The notes: generated by a model not told the origin, from the letters alone. Positions 48,912-59,301 are shown, counted from the stretch's first letter. The stretch: 64,000 nucleotides of DNA from Ferrithrix thermotolerans DSM 19514 (GCA_945906305.1 CAMDQT010000018.1:5553-69552); one strand, 5' to 3'. Made by a program: numbers and translations.

Positions 48912-49835
48912 TCAGCTCGAAGGACTCCGGCCTGTGTCAGGGGGGGCGCAAGCCCGCAGTAGCGCGGTGACCAGATCGTTCAACGGTGTGGCAATGCCGT
49001 GCTTTCGGCCGAGGCGGCCGATCACTGCATTGCGAACCTCCCACTCGAGCGGGCGGCCTTGCCTGCGATCCACCGCGATGGAAGACCAGTGCCCGGGCGC
49101 GGCGCGTTGGGCCCGTTCCAGCGCCCGGGCGGCGTCATCGGGAGCGAAGCGTGCCCCTTCCGCGCGTGCCACCGCCACGATCTCCTCGGCGAGGGCCAAC
49201 GCGGCGTCGAACACGCTGCGCTCGGCGAGCACGCTGAGGTCTCGAATGCTCAGCGCCCCGATCGCGCCGATGACCGCGTTGAGCAGTAACTTCCGCCATG
49301 CCTGGGTCGTGAAGTCGGCTCGCAGTTCGACTCGTATGCTCGAAGCGTCGAACGCCGCCGCCACACGATGGCCTGCTGCGCTGTCGGGCACCTGGAGCAA
49401 AGCGAGGCTGGACTGCACAATCACGCCCGTCTCGAGCACCTCGGCCGCGATCATGACGACCACGGGCACGATGTCGGCCTGGGGTGCGAGCGGCTGGATG
49501 CGAGCCACCTGGTCGATGCCGTTCTGCAGCACCGCCACGACGGTCCCCGGCCCGACGAGTCGGTCGAGCCAGGGTGCGGCTCCCTCGCTCTGGTACGCCT
49601 TGGTGCAAAGCAGCACGACGTCGGCGCGACCGGCGTTGGTGGGGTCAAGGAGCACCGCTGGTGACGCCCGCACCACCGTCGCGTCGTGATGACGGATCTC
49701 CAGCCCGTCAAGCGGCCGTCGAGCACAGAGGCGGACATCGTGCCGGCCGGCGACGACCAGAGCGGCGGTCACCGCAGCACCGATGGCACCGGCTCCGATA
49801 ACGGCGATGGACAGTGATGCGTCGTCCTGGTGCAC
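48912..49835 (-). CDS. 2-dehydropantoate 2-reductase family protein
   Basis: GAGAIG, TKAY, LQNG, WRKL..N and D..GRPLE motifs. Leaderless GTG. Confidence 0.88.
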   Translation of the reverse strand: MHQDDASLSIAVIGAGAIGAAVTAALVVAGRHDVRLCARRPLDGLEIRHHDATVVRASPAVLLDPTNAGRADVVLLCTKAYQSEGAAPWLDRLVGPGTVVAVLQNGIDQVARIQPLAPQADIVPVVVMIAAEVLETGVIVQSSLALLQVPDSAAGHRVAAAFDASSIRVELRADFTTQAWRKLLLNAVIGAIGALSIRDLSVLAERSVFDAALALAEEIVAVARAEGARFAPDDAARALERAQRAAPGHWSSIAVDRRQGRPLEWEVRNAVIGRLGRKHGIATPLNDLVTALLRACAPPDTGRSPSS

Positions 49836-50015
49836 GATGGTGAACCTAGACCGCGCTGGACCTGGCCTGCCCGACGCGGGCTCTGGCCCGGCCGGTTGGT
49901 GTGCCCGGTGACGCGGGGTGCTCCAGCGGTGTGTGTGCACCAGGATCTGTCGGCGTGCCAGGCTGTCAGGCGCCGGGCGTGCCGAGACGGTCGCCGGTTC
50001 TCGAAGGGGGAATGC

Positions 50016-51242
50016 GTGGCCGCGCCGCTCGATGATGTGACCGTGATCGAGATCGACAACTGGATGGCGGCGCCTAGCGCTGGTGCCGCGCTGGCGGATC
50101 TCGGGGCCAACGTGATCAAGATCGAGCCGCTCAGCGGCGACCCGATGCGCTCGATGGGTCGCCCGGCCAAGCTTGAGGGCCCGCTGCAGGGCTATGACTT
50201 TCAGTTCGACGTCGATAACCGGGGCAAGCGGTCCATGGCCATCGCCCTGGACACCGACGAGGGCGCAGCCCTGGTGCGGCGCCTGTGTCGGGGGGCGGAC
50301 GTGTTCTTGTGCAATCTCATCGCCCGGCGCCAGAAGCGCTTCGGGCTCGACCCCGCCTCGTTGTTCGCCGAGAACCCGAAGCTGGTGCACGCCACCTTGA
50401 CCGGCTACGGCACGGAGGGCCCCGAGGCGTGGCGGCCCGGCTACGACGTGACCGCCTTCTTCGGTCGGTCTGGTCTCTACGATGCTCTGCGCGAGGGTGA
50501 ACATGGTGCGGTGCCCATGGCCCGACCGGCTCAGGGCGACCACACGACGGGGCTGGCGCTGCTTGGCGCCATCCTGGCGGGGTTGCGGATGGCCGAACGC
50601 ACCGGGCAGGGCCAGGTCGTGGAGACCTCGCTGTTCGAGACCGCGATTTGGACCCAGGCCTCCGACTTCGCCGTCACTGCCATGGACAAGGCACCGGTCC
50701 GACGCCGGGTCCGCCACGAGCTGATCACCCCGACGGCGAACCGCTATCCGTGCGGTGACGGCAGATGGATTGTGCTCAATGCCCCGGGGGAGCCGGCGTG
50801 GCGGGCGTTGTGCTCTGTGCTCGGACGTGAAGATTGGCTGGCCGACGAGCGACTGGCCACGGTCAAGGGTCGCTTTGACCACATGGCGGAGATCGTTTCG
50901 GGCATCGACGAGGCCCTCAGCGGACGAGGCCGCGACGAATGGGGCGTGCTCTTCGACCAGGCGGGGTTGATTTGGGGTCCCGTGCTGGCCTTGCATGAGG
51001 TGGCTTCGGACGACCAGGCTGCGGCCCTCGGGCTGTTTCCCACGATCGAACACCCCCAACGCGGTCCGTACCGCACGGTCGCGGTACCGATGCGGTTCCA
51101 CACCGCCGAGGTCGGGCCCCGAGGGCCTTCGCCCGAACTTGGGGCGCACACCACCGAAGTGCTCGCCGGTGCCGGGTTCAGCCCGGCTGAAATCGCCGAT
51201 CTCGCCGCCCGCGGCGTGCTTGGCGCCGGTTCCATGGCGTGA
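50016..51242 (+). CDS. Family III CoA-transferase
   Basis: DNRGKRS and PAQGD motifs. RBS aaggggg. Confidence 0.9.
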   Translation: MAAPLDDVTVIEIDNWMAAPSAGAALADLGANVIKIEPLSGDPMRSMGRPAKLEGPLQGYDFQFDVDNRGKRSMAIALDTDEGAALVRRLCRGADVFLCNLIARRQKRFGLDPASLFAENPKLVHATLTGYGTEGPEAWRPGYDVTAFFGRSGLYDALREGEHGAVPMARPAQGDHTTGLALLGAILAGLRMAERTGQGQVVETSLFETAIWTQASDFAVTAMDKAPVRRRVRHELITPTANRYPCGDGRWIVLNAPGEPAWRALCSVLGREDWLADERLATVKGRFDHMAEIVSGIDEALSGRGRDEWGVLFDQAGLIWGPVLALHEVASDDQAAALGLFPTIEHPQRGPYRTVAVPMRFHTAEVGPRGPSPELGAHTTEVLAGAGFSPAEIADLAARGVLGAGSMA

Positions 51243-51287
51243 GCCAGCCCGCTACGTCCACCAGCCCAAACTGAGGGAGATCCCACC

Positions 51288-52391
51288 ATGAAAGCCAGAG
51301 CAGCCATCTTCCGCGAGATCGGCGGGTCGTTGACCATCGAGGAGATCGATGTCGACGAGCCTGGTCCCCAGGAGGTTCGGGTGCGCACCGCCGCCTGCGG
51401 GGTGTGCCACAGCGACCTGCACTTCATGCAGGGGAACATCGCCGGGCCGCGGCCCACGGTGCCCGGCCACGAGCCGGCGGGCATTGTGGAGTCCGTCGGG
51501 TCCGAGGTGCGTCTGGTCAAGCCAGGCGACCACGTGATCGCCTGCACCTCGATGTTCTGCGGGCAATGCACCCAGTGCATGCTCGGTCGGCTGCACCTGT
51601 GCACCGATCGCCGACCGATGCGACGCCGCAAGGGTGAACGGCCGCGCCTCTCCCAGGACGGCCAGGAGCTGTTCCAGTTCGCAGATCTGTCCGGATTCGC
51701 CGAACTGATGTTGTTGCACGAGAAGGCGTTGGTCCGCATCGACGATGACATCCCCCTGGCGCAGGCGTCGCTGGTGGGTTGTGGGGTGACCACCGGGGTG
51801 GGCGCAGCGCTCAATACGGCGAAGGTAACGCCGGGGTCTTCCGTGGTGGTCTTTGGTGCCGGTGGGGTTGGCAACTCGGTCATCCAAGGCGCTCGCATCG
51901 CCGGGGCCCGGCAGATCATCGCGGTGGACATCTTCCCCCAGAAGTTGGAGGTGGCGAAGGGCTTCGGTGCCACGCACACCATCCTGGTCGGCCCGCAGAA
52001 CCCCGACCTCGACCCGGTCAAGGAGATCAAGAAGCTGTCCCAGGGTGGAGTCGACTTTGCCTTCGACGCCGTCGGCAACGCCACATTGGCCTCGCAGTGC
52101 TTCTACGCCCTTGCGCCGCGCGGCCTAGCGGTGATCGTCGGGGCGATCCCGCGGGGCCAGACTCTGACGCTCGAGCCGGGCCATTTCTATGTGGAGAAAA
52201 TGATCACCGGGTCGATTATGGGCTCAAACCGTTTCCACATCGAGGCCCCGCAGTACCTTGAGCTGTACCGACAGGGTCGGCTCGACCTTGACTCGATGAT
52301 CACCGAACGGATGCCGTTGAGCGAGGTGAACGTGGCGCTCGAGGCGATGAGCTCGGGCGAGGTCACCCGTACGGTGTTGACCTTCGACTGA
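51288..52391 (+). CDS. Zn-dependent alcohol dehydrogenase (class III-like)
   Basis: CHSD, GHE, CxxCxxC..C, GCG and GAGGVG motifs. Confidence 0.92.
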   Translation: MKARAAIFREIGGSLTIEEIDVDEPGPQEVRVRTAACGVCHSDLHFMQGNIAGPRPTVPGHEPAGIVESVGSEVRLVKPGDHVIACTSMFCGQCTQCMLGRLHLCTDRRPMRRRKGERPRLSQDGQELFQFADLSGFAELMLLHEKALVRIDDDIPLAQASLVGCGVTTGVGAALNTAKVTPGSSVVVFGAGGVGNSVIQGARIAGARQIIAVDIFPQKLEVAKGFGATHTILVGPQNPDLDPVKEIKKLSQGGVDFAFDAVGNATLASQCFYALAPRGLAVIVGAIPRGQTLTLEPGHFYVEKMITGSIMGSNRFHIEAPQYLELYRQGRLDLDSMITERMPLSEVNVALEAMSSGEVTRTVLTFD

Positions 52392-52399
52392 TTCCTGCT

Positions 52400-52442
52400 G
52401 CGTCACGGGAGCGGTACCAATCGGTACCCACTCCCGTGACGC
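52400..52442. terminator. Hairpin between convergent ADH genes
   Basis: gcgtcacgggag-c-ggtacc-aatc-ggtacc-ca-ctcccgtgacgc. Confidence 0.65.
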
Positions 52443-52456
52443 CTTCGGCGGCCCGA

Positions 52457-53548
52457 TCAGTCGAAGATGATGACCTGGCGGGAGACTTCGCCCCGCTTCA
52501 TGGCCGCGTAACCCTCGTTGATTTGTTCGAGGCTGAGGCGGGCGGAGACCATCTCGTCCAGCTTGAGGCGGCCGTCGAGGTACATGCTGACCATGGCTGG
52601 CATGTCGGTGCGGAACTGGTTGGACCCCATCATCGAGCCCTGCAGCTTCTTCTCCGCCAGCAGGTCGATGCCACGGATTTCCAGTACCTGCTTAGGTGGG
52701 ACCATGCCGATGACCGTGGCGGTACCGCCGATGGCCAACATGTTGAACGCCTGCTCCGCGGTGGCTTTGAGCCCGATGGCCTCAAAGCTGTATTCGACGC
52801 CGCCGTCGGAGAGCTCCTTTACTGCTTCCACCACGTTGTCGACCTTGGAGGCGTTGACGACGTTGGTTGCGCCGAGCTGTCGGGCTACCTCGAGCTTGTC
52901 ATCATTGACATCGACCACGATCACGGAAACGGCGCCCGCAATCCGGGCGGCTTGGATGGCGGCGAGGCCGATGCCGCCGGCGCCGATGACGCAGACCGTG
53001 GCGCCTGGCGGCACTTTCGCGGTGCGGAACACTGCGCCCATGCCCGTGGTGATGCCGCAGCCGATGAGCGCGGCGCGATCCAGCGGCATGTCGGTGGTGA
53101 CCTTCACCAGCGCGTTCTGGTGGACCAGCATCAGCTCCGCGAAGCCACCGAGCCGGGCGAACTGGTCGAGCGGGGTGCCGTCATGCTTGGAGAGTCGGGG
53201 CGGGGCGCCCTTGGGTCGCGAGGTGGCGGCAGGGTTGGTGCAGCGGTAGGGGTGGCCCGACAGGCACTGGCGGCACTGCCCGCAGAAGATGGACAGGCAG
53301 CAGATCACATGGTCGCCCGGCTGGCAGTAGTTGACGCCCTCGCCGATGGCCTCCACGACCCCGGCGGACTCGTGACCTAACACGGCGGGAAGGCGGGAGC
53401 GGAAGATGCCCTCCATGTAGTGCAGGTCGGAGTGGCATAGGCCTGCCCCCATGACCCGGACCAGCACTTCACCCGGACCGGGATTGTCGATGACGACATC
53501 CTCGATGTCGAGCCCACCCGGTTGTTCGTTGAGTACGGCAGCTTTCAT
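52457..53548 (-). CDS. Zn-dependent alcohol dehydrogenase (class III-like)
   Basis: CHSD, GHE, CGQCRQC and GAGGIG motifs. Confidence 0.92.
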   Translation of the reverse strand: MKAAVLNEQPGGLDIEDVVIDNPGPGEVLVRVMGAGLCHSDLHYMEGIFRSRLPAVLGHESAGVVEAIGEGVNYCQPGDHVICCLSIFCGQCRQCLSGHPYRCTNPAATSRPKGAPPRLSKHDGTPLDQFARLGGFAELMLVHQNALVKVTTDMPLDRAALIGCGITTGMGAVFRTAKVPPGATVCVIGAGGIGLAAIQAARIAGAVSVIVVDVNDDKLEVARQLGATNVVNASKVDNVVEAVKELSDGGVEYSFEAIGLKATAEQAFNMLAIGGTATVIGMVPPKQVLEIRGIDLLAEKKLQGSMMGSNQFRTDMPAMVSMYLDGRLKLDEMVSARLSLEQINEGYAAMKRGEVSRQVIIFD

Positions 53549-53729
53549 CGTCGTTGCTCCCCACAAGCTTCGAGGCCGCCCGGGGTCGGGCAGCAGTGCA
53601 GGAAGTGTCGCGCATCGCGCCGTGGTGTTGCTCGACCAAGCCGAGCCCGGTTCTCATCGCACTGATACAGCGCTGCTGGGCGGCGCATATCGGAGCGAGC
53701 TCGCCCCAGGCGCGCACTACGGTGCGGCC

Positions 53730-54635
53730 ATGCGCATAGGAGCATCGTTGGCCAGTGCCCACCCGTCGGTGGACGGACGCGAGGGGGCCCGGCGGATGAT
53801 CGAACGGGCGCGGGCGGCCCGTGAGGCGGGGCTGTGGTGCCTTACCGTTGGCGACCATCACGCCAATCGTCGACCGTACTTCCAGAACACCGCCATCCTC
53901 GGGCGGCTCCTGGCTGAATGGGGCGATGATCGTCCCGCGGGTTGCCTGTTTCTGATGCCGTTGTGGAACCCGGTGCTCATGGCCGAGCAAATTGGCACGC
54001 TGGCCACCATGGCCGGCGAGCCCTTCATCGTGCAGACCGGCCTCGGCGACCCTGCTGATCGTGCCGCGATGGGTACCGATCGTCGTCATCGCGGGCGGCT
54101 GCTCGACGAGTCCATCGCCGTGGTCGACGCGCTCCTTGCCGGCGAGCGTGTCGATTCGGCCTATTTCGGCTTCACCGGCACGAGCGTGTCGCCCCATCCC
54201 CCCGGGCCGATCGAATGGTGGATCGGGGCGTCGTCTGATGCCGGCATCGACCGGGCGGCCCGAGTCGGTGACTGCTGGTACGCCGACCCGGCCTTGACCC
54301 TGGAGCAGGCGCAGGCGCGGATGGCCTTCTACCGAGACCGCTGCGCCCATTACGGCCGTCCGCCGGTACGGGTGCCTCTACGGCGCGACATCCTCGTGGC
54401 GGAGACCGACGCCGAGGCCGAAGCCATCGTGGCCCCACTGCTCGCCGCGGGCTACCGCGGTATCGACCCTGCTGCGCTGGCGTTCGGTTCGCCGGCCACG
54501 GTCGCCGAGCACTTCGCGTCCTACGGCGCCTTGGGGTTCACCGACATCATCGTGCGGCAGATGGCGGTGGCGCAGGACGCGGCCTTGCGCAGTTACGCCC
54601 TGTTGGCCGCGGTCGCTGACCTGCTGGAGGATTGA
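53730..54635 (+). CDS. LLM-class flavin-dependent oxidoreductase
   Basis: VGDHH, NPVLMAEQIGTL and WIG..RAARVGD motifs. Confidence 0.82.
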   Translation: MRIGASLASAHPSVDGREGARRMIERARAAREAGLWCLTVGDHHANRRPYFQNTAILGRLLAEWGDDRPAGCLFLMPLWNPVLMAEQIGTLATMAGEPFIVQTGLGDPADRAAMGTDRRHRGRLLDESIAVVDALLAGERVDSAYFGFTGTSVSPHPPGPIEWWIGASSDAGIDRAARVGDCWYADPALTLEQAQARMAFYRDRCAHYGRPPVRVPLRRDILVAETDAEAEAIVAPLLAAGYRGIDPAALAFGSPATVAEHFASYGALGFTDIIVRQMAVAQDAALRSYALLAAVADLLED

Positions 54636-55453
54636 TGACTGACTACCAGACCATTCGTTACGAGGTGGCCGACCACGTGGCGCGCATCACCTTGGATCGT
54701 GCCCGTTATCGCAACGCCCAGAGCCGGTTGCTGCTGGAGGAACTTGACGTCGCCATCATCGCCGCCGGTGCCGATCACGATGTGCGGGTGATCGTCCTGC
54801 TCGGGGCGGGTGACCACTTCTCCGCCGGGCACGACCTCGGCACGCCGGAGGAGCTCGCCGACCAGCAGGAGCGCCCTTGGCGGCCGGGGATTCGGGGTTG
54901 GTATGAACGCACCCACGAGCAGTTTCTCGACAATACGCTGCGCTGGCGCAATGTCCCCAAGCCCACCGTGGCCGCCGTGCAGGGCTATTGCATTTGGGGC
55001 GGCTGGATGATCGCCTCGTCGATGGATGTGATCTTCGCCGCTGACGATGCCATGTTCTTGGGCAGCCTCTTCCAGTATTTCTGCATGCCGTGGGATCTGC
55101 CGCCGCGCAAGGTGAAGGAGCTGCTGTACGAAAGTCGTTTCATCGACGCCACGGAGGCACGTGAACTTGGTCTGGTCAACCGGGTGGTGCCGCGCGCCGA
55201 ACTCGAGCAGGAGACACTGGCCTGGGCTGCCCGGGTGGCCGAGAACGACCCGTTCCAGATGCGTATGACCAAGGCAGCCGTGAACCATGCTCAGGACGTG
55301 CAGGGCTTCGGAGCCCACATGCAGTCCGCTCACGCCTATTACGTTCTCAGTCGCCTCGGCGAGAAGGACCCTGACTCCACCGTGGTGCAGACCGGCACCC
55401 GACGTCGTCCCGGCGTACAGACGGCGTTGGAGAACTACCAGCGTCGCCGCTAG
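54635..55453 (+). CDS. Crotonase-fold protein, paralog of 6774-7577
   Basis: YRNAQSR, FSAGHDL and PKPTVAAVQG motifs. Confidence 0.88.
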   Translation: MTDYQTIRYEVADHVARITLDRARYRNAQSRLLLEELDVAIIAAGADHDVRVIVLLGAGDHFSAGHDLGTPEELADQQERPWRPGIRGWYERTHEQFLDNTLRWRNVPKPTVAAVQGYCIWGGWMIASSMDVIFAADDAMFLGSLFQYFCMPWDLPPRKVKELLYESRFIDATEARELGLVNRVVPRAELEQETLAWAARVAENDPFQMRMTKAAVNHAQDVQGFGAHMQSAHAYYVLSRLGEKDPDSTVVQTGTRRRPGVQTALENYQRRR

Positions 55454-55457
55454 ACGC

Positions 55458-56693
55458 TCAGGACCCGTGCAGGTCGCGTCGCCATTGTGGTACCCGCGAG
55501 GACACGATGCCCTCGGCGGACAACCGGGCGATCTCCGCGTCGTCGAGGCCGACGAGCTCGCGCAGCACGCCATGGTTGTGCTCGCCGCGAAAGCCCACGG
55601 TGCCCACTACGCCGCTGTCGGCGTCGCTGAAACGCCACGGCGATTGGGGCACGGTGACCGAGTGGCCCGCGCCGAGGTCGACCTCGGCGAATGCGCCCCG
55701 CTCGGCGGCCCATTCGGTGGCGGCGAGTTCGGCCACGGTGCGAACTTCGGCGGCGAGCACGGTGGATACACCGATAGCCCTTTCGAGATCGGCGGCGGCG
55801 TCGAAGTTGGCCACCCACACGCCGATCTCGGCCTCGAGCGCGGCCCGGTTGCGCACGCGGTCCGCCGCCGTGGCAAAGCGGACGTCGTCATGCCAGTGCT
55901 GGTTTCCCGATGCCTTGGCCCACACGCCGAACCCACCGTCGGTGGTGGCATCGATGGTGACATTCACCCAACGGCCGCTCCGCAGACGGAAGATCGAGGA
56001 CCAGTTCTGCCCGGCGCGAAAGCCGCTGGAGGGGTCCACCCCGACCAGTTCGGCCGTGGACAGGTCGTTGACCATGAGCGTCGATTCGGCCATGGAGACC
56101 TCCACCGCTTGGCCCTTGCCGGTGCGGTTGCGCTGGTGCAAGGCGGCGAGCAAGGCGGCAAGGGCGTGCAGGCCGCTGTAGGTGTCGGCGTGGGACATCG
56201 GATCATTGCGCGGCCCGTCGAGCTCGCCGCGCCGCCGGGCGACCATTTCGGTGACACCAGCTTCGGCATGGATGGCGGAGGCGTAGGCCCCCTGGTCTGA
56301 ACGCGAGTTGCCGTGACCCCAGCCGCTGATGGAAGCCACGATCAGTCGGGGGTTGCGAGCGAAGAGATCTTTCGGCGAGAGCCCGAGGCGCACCATCACC
56401 TCGGGCCGGTAGTTCTCCAACAGCACGTCCGCCTTGTCGATCATCGCTAGCAGCAAGTCGCGACCCTCCGGCCGGGTGAGGTCGAGCGAAACGCACTCCT
56501 TGCCCGCGTTGTAATGCACGAAGTACGTCGACATGCCCTCCACGCGGGGCACGATGGCGCGAGTGAGGTCGCCATCGGGCGGTTCGATCTTGATGACCCG
56601 GGCCCCGAGGTCGGCTAGCAGGCGGCTGGCGATGGGGCCAGCGAGGGCTCGGGTGAGATCGAGCACAACAATGTCGGACAGCGGACGATCCAT
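55458..56693 (-). CDS. Family III CoA-transferase
   Basis: VLDLTRALAGP, NAGKE and SHAD motifs. Confidence 0.9.
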   Translation of the reverse strand: MDRPLSDIVVLDLTRALAGPIASRLLADLGARVIKIEPPDGDLTRAIVPRVEGMSTYFVHYNAGKECVSLDLTRPEGRDLLLAMIDKADVLLENYRPEVMVRLGLSPKDLFARNPRLIVASISGWGHGNSRSDQGAYASAIHAEAGVTEMVARRRGELDGPRNDPMSHADTYSGLHALAALLAALHQRNRTGKGQAVEVSMAESTLMVNDLSTAELVGVDPSSGFRAGQNWSSIFRLRSGRWVNVTIDATTDGGFGVWAKASGNQHWHDDVRFATAADRVRNRAALEAEIGVWVANFDAAADLERAIGVSTVLAAEVRTVAELAATEWAAERGAFAEVDLGAGHSVTVPQSPWRFSDADSGVVGTVGFRGEHNHGVLRELVGLDDAEIARLSAEGIVSSRVPQWRRDLHGS

Positions 56694-56702
56694 GGCCGGA
56701 CG

Positions 56703-57290
56703 CTACCCCGATACGGGTGGCGGCGAGTGCCCCGGGTCACCCCGCAGGCGCCGGTAGGCCCTGCGGGCCGTCGATAGCGCCAGCAAAGCGACCGTGGCGA
56801 AGATGACCATGGTGGCGATGGTCAGCCCGGCGGCGGTCCACGGGCGGGCCAACGCCACCAGCATCAAGGCGCCCACGATGCTGTCCTCGGTGAGGCTGGC
56901 CACGATGTTGGTGAACGGCTCAGGGGAGGCGTTGATCGCCAGGCGGGTGCCGGACTTGGAGAAGTGGGCGACGAGCGCCAGGCTCGCCGCCACCGCCGCC
57001 GCTTGGGGTGCGCCGAGTTGGGCGCCCGCCACCGCGCTACCAACCAGGGCCGCCACCGACGGGCGGATGGCGGTGTGGACGAGGTCCCACGCGCTGTCTG
57101 CCAGCGGCACCTTGTCCACGACAAATTCGATCGCGAACATCGATGCGCACAGGATCAACACCGGGGTTGATTGCAAGGCTGGCGGTCCATCGCTCCAACC
57201 CAGACGCCCGGCGAGACCCAAGATGAGCACCGTCAGGTAGGCGTTTATGCCGCTGCTCCAGCCGCTGACGATGAGGACCGCGGTCGGCAT
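56703..57290 (-). CDS. DUF4126-like membrane protein
   Basis: GWSSGINAY, EFVVDKVP..DSAWD and N.SPEPF.N..SLTED motifs. Confidence 0.8.
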   Translation of the reverse strand: MPTAVLIVSGWSSGINAYLTVLILGLAGRLGWSDGPPALQSTPVLILCASMFAIEFVVDKVPLADSAWDLVHTAIRPSVAALVGSAVAGAQLGAPQAAAVAASLALVAHFSKSGTRLAINASPEPFTNIVASLTEDSIVGALMLVALARPWTAAGLTIATMVIFATVALLALSTARRAYRRLRGDPGHSPPPVSG

Positions 57291-57360
57291 GGCCCACCTT
57301 GGCATACGACGTCGACGAACGGAACCACTTCACGGCAAATTCGGCGCGTAGTCTGCGACC

Positions 57361-58164
57361 ATGAGCCCCCAACCGCGTGCAGCCATGACGTCCGGCCCGG
57401 AGCTGTTGGCCGAGTTCAACGAATGCTGGCAGTCCTGGCGCGAGCTTGGCGCTGGTCTGGACGAGGTCGATTGGGCGCAGCCGTCGCTGTGCCCAGGGTG
57501 GTCCACCCGGGACGCCTTGGTCCACCTGACCTCGGCCGAGATCGGCTTTGCGGGCTGGACGCCGTCACCGGATCCGCCCTTCGAGCAGATCGGCGCCGAG
57601 GCCCGGCGCTTGCGCGGCGCGTCTGGGGCCGAGGTCTTGGCGGAGTTCGAAGCAGTCACCGCTCGACGGGCCGAGCAGATCGGCAATTTTTCCGAGGCCG
57701 ACCTCGACGCCATTGGCTGGTCACCGGCGGGTTCGGGTCCCCACCGGCGCTACCTGGAGATCCGGGTTTTCGATACCTGGGCTCACGAACAGGACGTGCG
57801 CGTTGCGCTCGGGCGCGCCGGACACCTCAGCGGCGCGGGCCCGCGCCGGTCCCTCGACGAGGCACACCTCGCTTTCGGCTACATCGTGGGCAAGAAGGCG
57901 GCTCTACCCAACGGCAGTTCGGTAACGGTACGGGTGCACGGCGCCCAGCAACGCGAGTTGCATGCGCAGATCGTGGGCCGGGCCCAAGTGGTGGACCAGC
58001 TGCACGATCCGGCCTGCACGCTCGACGCCGATTTCTTGACCTTCATGCTGCTGGCGTGTGGCCGCATCGACCCTGCCGGCCCGATCGAGCAGGGCCTGGT
58101 CCGTCTTGGTGGGGACATGGCGCTCGCCACGAGGGTGGCCAACAACCTCGCCTTCACGATCTGA
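57361..58164 (+). CDS. Mycothiol-dependent maleylpyruvate isomerase-family (MDMPI) protein
   Basis: PSLCPGWS.RD..H and FDTWAHEQD motifs. Confidence 0.85.
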   Translation: MSPQPRAAMTSGPELLAEFNECWQSWRELGAGLDEVDWAQPSLCPGWSTRDALVHLTSAEIGFAGWTPSPDPPFEQIGAEARRLRGASGAEVLAEFEAVTARRAEQIGNFSEADLDAIGWSPAGSGPHRRYLEIRVFDTWAHEQDVRVALGRAGHLSGAGPRRSLDEAHLAFGYIVGKKAALPNGSSVTVRVHGAQQRELHAQIVGRAQVVDQLHDPACTLDADFLTFMLLACGRIDPAGPIEQGLVRLGGDMALATRVANNLAFTI

Positions 58165-58194
58165 GGGCGGTGGTTTGGTCGGGGCAGGACCCGA

Positions 58195-59301
58195 TCAGAG
58201 GTATCGGTCGGGCAGCAACGCCCGGTCCCAACCTTGGCCGAGCACACCGGCCGCGACGGCTTCGCCCGACCCGACCCCCCAGGTAATGCCTTGGCTGCCG
58301 TGGCCTGTCGCCAGTATCAGCCCGCTCGAGCCCGGTACCGGGCCGTGCAGCGGCAGGCCATCGGCTGAAAGTGGCCGGCGGCAGGTCCGCAATTCGGCCA
58401 CCGGTACAGCACGCAGCGCAGGGACCAACTCGGCCGCCCGTCGGCACACGGCGGCGACGGCCTCGCGCTGGTTCTCGGCGTGATCGGTGCTGCTCGACTG
58501 CAATGAGGCACCGAGCAACAGACGTCCGGCGGAGTCCTGCTGGACCAGGCCTGCGATGGCGGGAGGGGTCAGCGTCCCCGCGGCAAAATCGCCGACGGTG
58601 GGGGTGGTGAGGCCTTTTTTGGTCGCGGCCCAGGAGGCATCTTCGATGGCGTGTCGGAGTCGGAAGGGTGCCGGTCGGGTGACGACCAGCCAGCCGCGTA
58701 CCCCACGAACCGCCACATCGAAGCCGGTGTTGCGGCACACCTGCCACGACCACGGTCCTGCTGCCACCACCACGCTAGCGGCGGACAAAGGCCCGTCATC
58801 GGTGAGTACTCCGGTCACCGTTTCGCCGCGGCGCAGCAGCTCACGCACGCTTACGCCGGTACGAATCGTGGCCCCGTAGGTACGGGCCTCGGCGGCCATG
58901 GCTGCCACCGCCGCCCCGGGATCGATACGACGGGCGTCGGGTTCGAAGCTCGCCGCGGTGATGTCCGGTCCGAGTAGCGGCTCCCGTTCAGCCAGCTCCT
59001 GCGCCGAGAGCACCGCCTCGCCACCCACCATCAGACATCCGTGGGGTTCGCGATCCAAGAAAAAGGCGCCGTCGCAACGCTCGTGCAGGTCGCGATACAA
59101 CGTGACCCCGCGGGCGGCGATGGCGGTCATCTCGGGGGGATGCGGACCGATGAGCAGGCCCTGGTTGCGGCCCGACGCGTGCGAAGCGAGACCATCGCGC
59201 TCAATCAGTTCGACGCTGACCCCGGCCTCGGCCAGAAAGCGTGCGGTGGCCACCCCGATGATGCCACCACCCACCACCACAACGTCAACGGTTCTTGCCA
59301 T
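58195..59301 (-). CDS. FAD-dependent oxidoreductase (DAO/glycine oxidase family)
   Basis: GGGIIG, ASGRN.G, RP.SADG.P and TGHG..GI motifs. Confidence 0.88.
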   Translation of the reverse strand: MARTVDVVVVGGGIIGVATARFLAEAGVSVELIERDGLASHASGRNQGLLIGPHPPEMTAIAARGVTLYRDLHERCDGAFFLDREPHGCLMVGGEAVLSAQELAEREPLLGPDITAASFEPDARRIDPGAAVAAMAAEARTYGATIRTGVSVRELLRRGETVTGVLTDDGPLSAASVVVAAGPWSWQVCRNTGFDVAVRGVRGWLVVTRPAPFRLRHAIEDASWAATKKGLTTPTVGDFAAGTLTPPAIAGLVQQDSAGRLLLGASLQSSSTDHAENQREAVAAVCRRAAELVPALRAVPVAELRTCRRPLSADGLPLHGPVPGSSGLILATGHGSQGITWGVGSGEAVAAGVLGQGWDRALLPDRYL

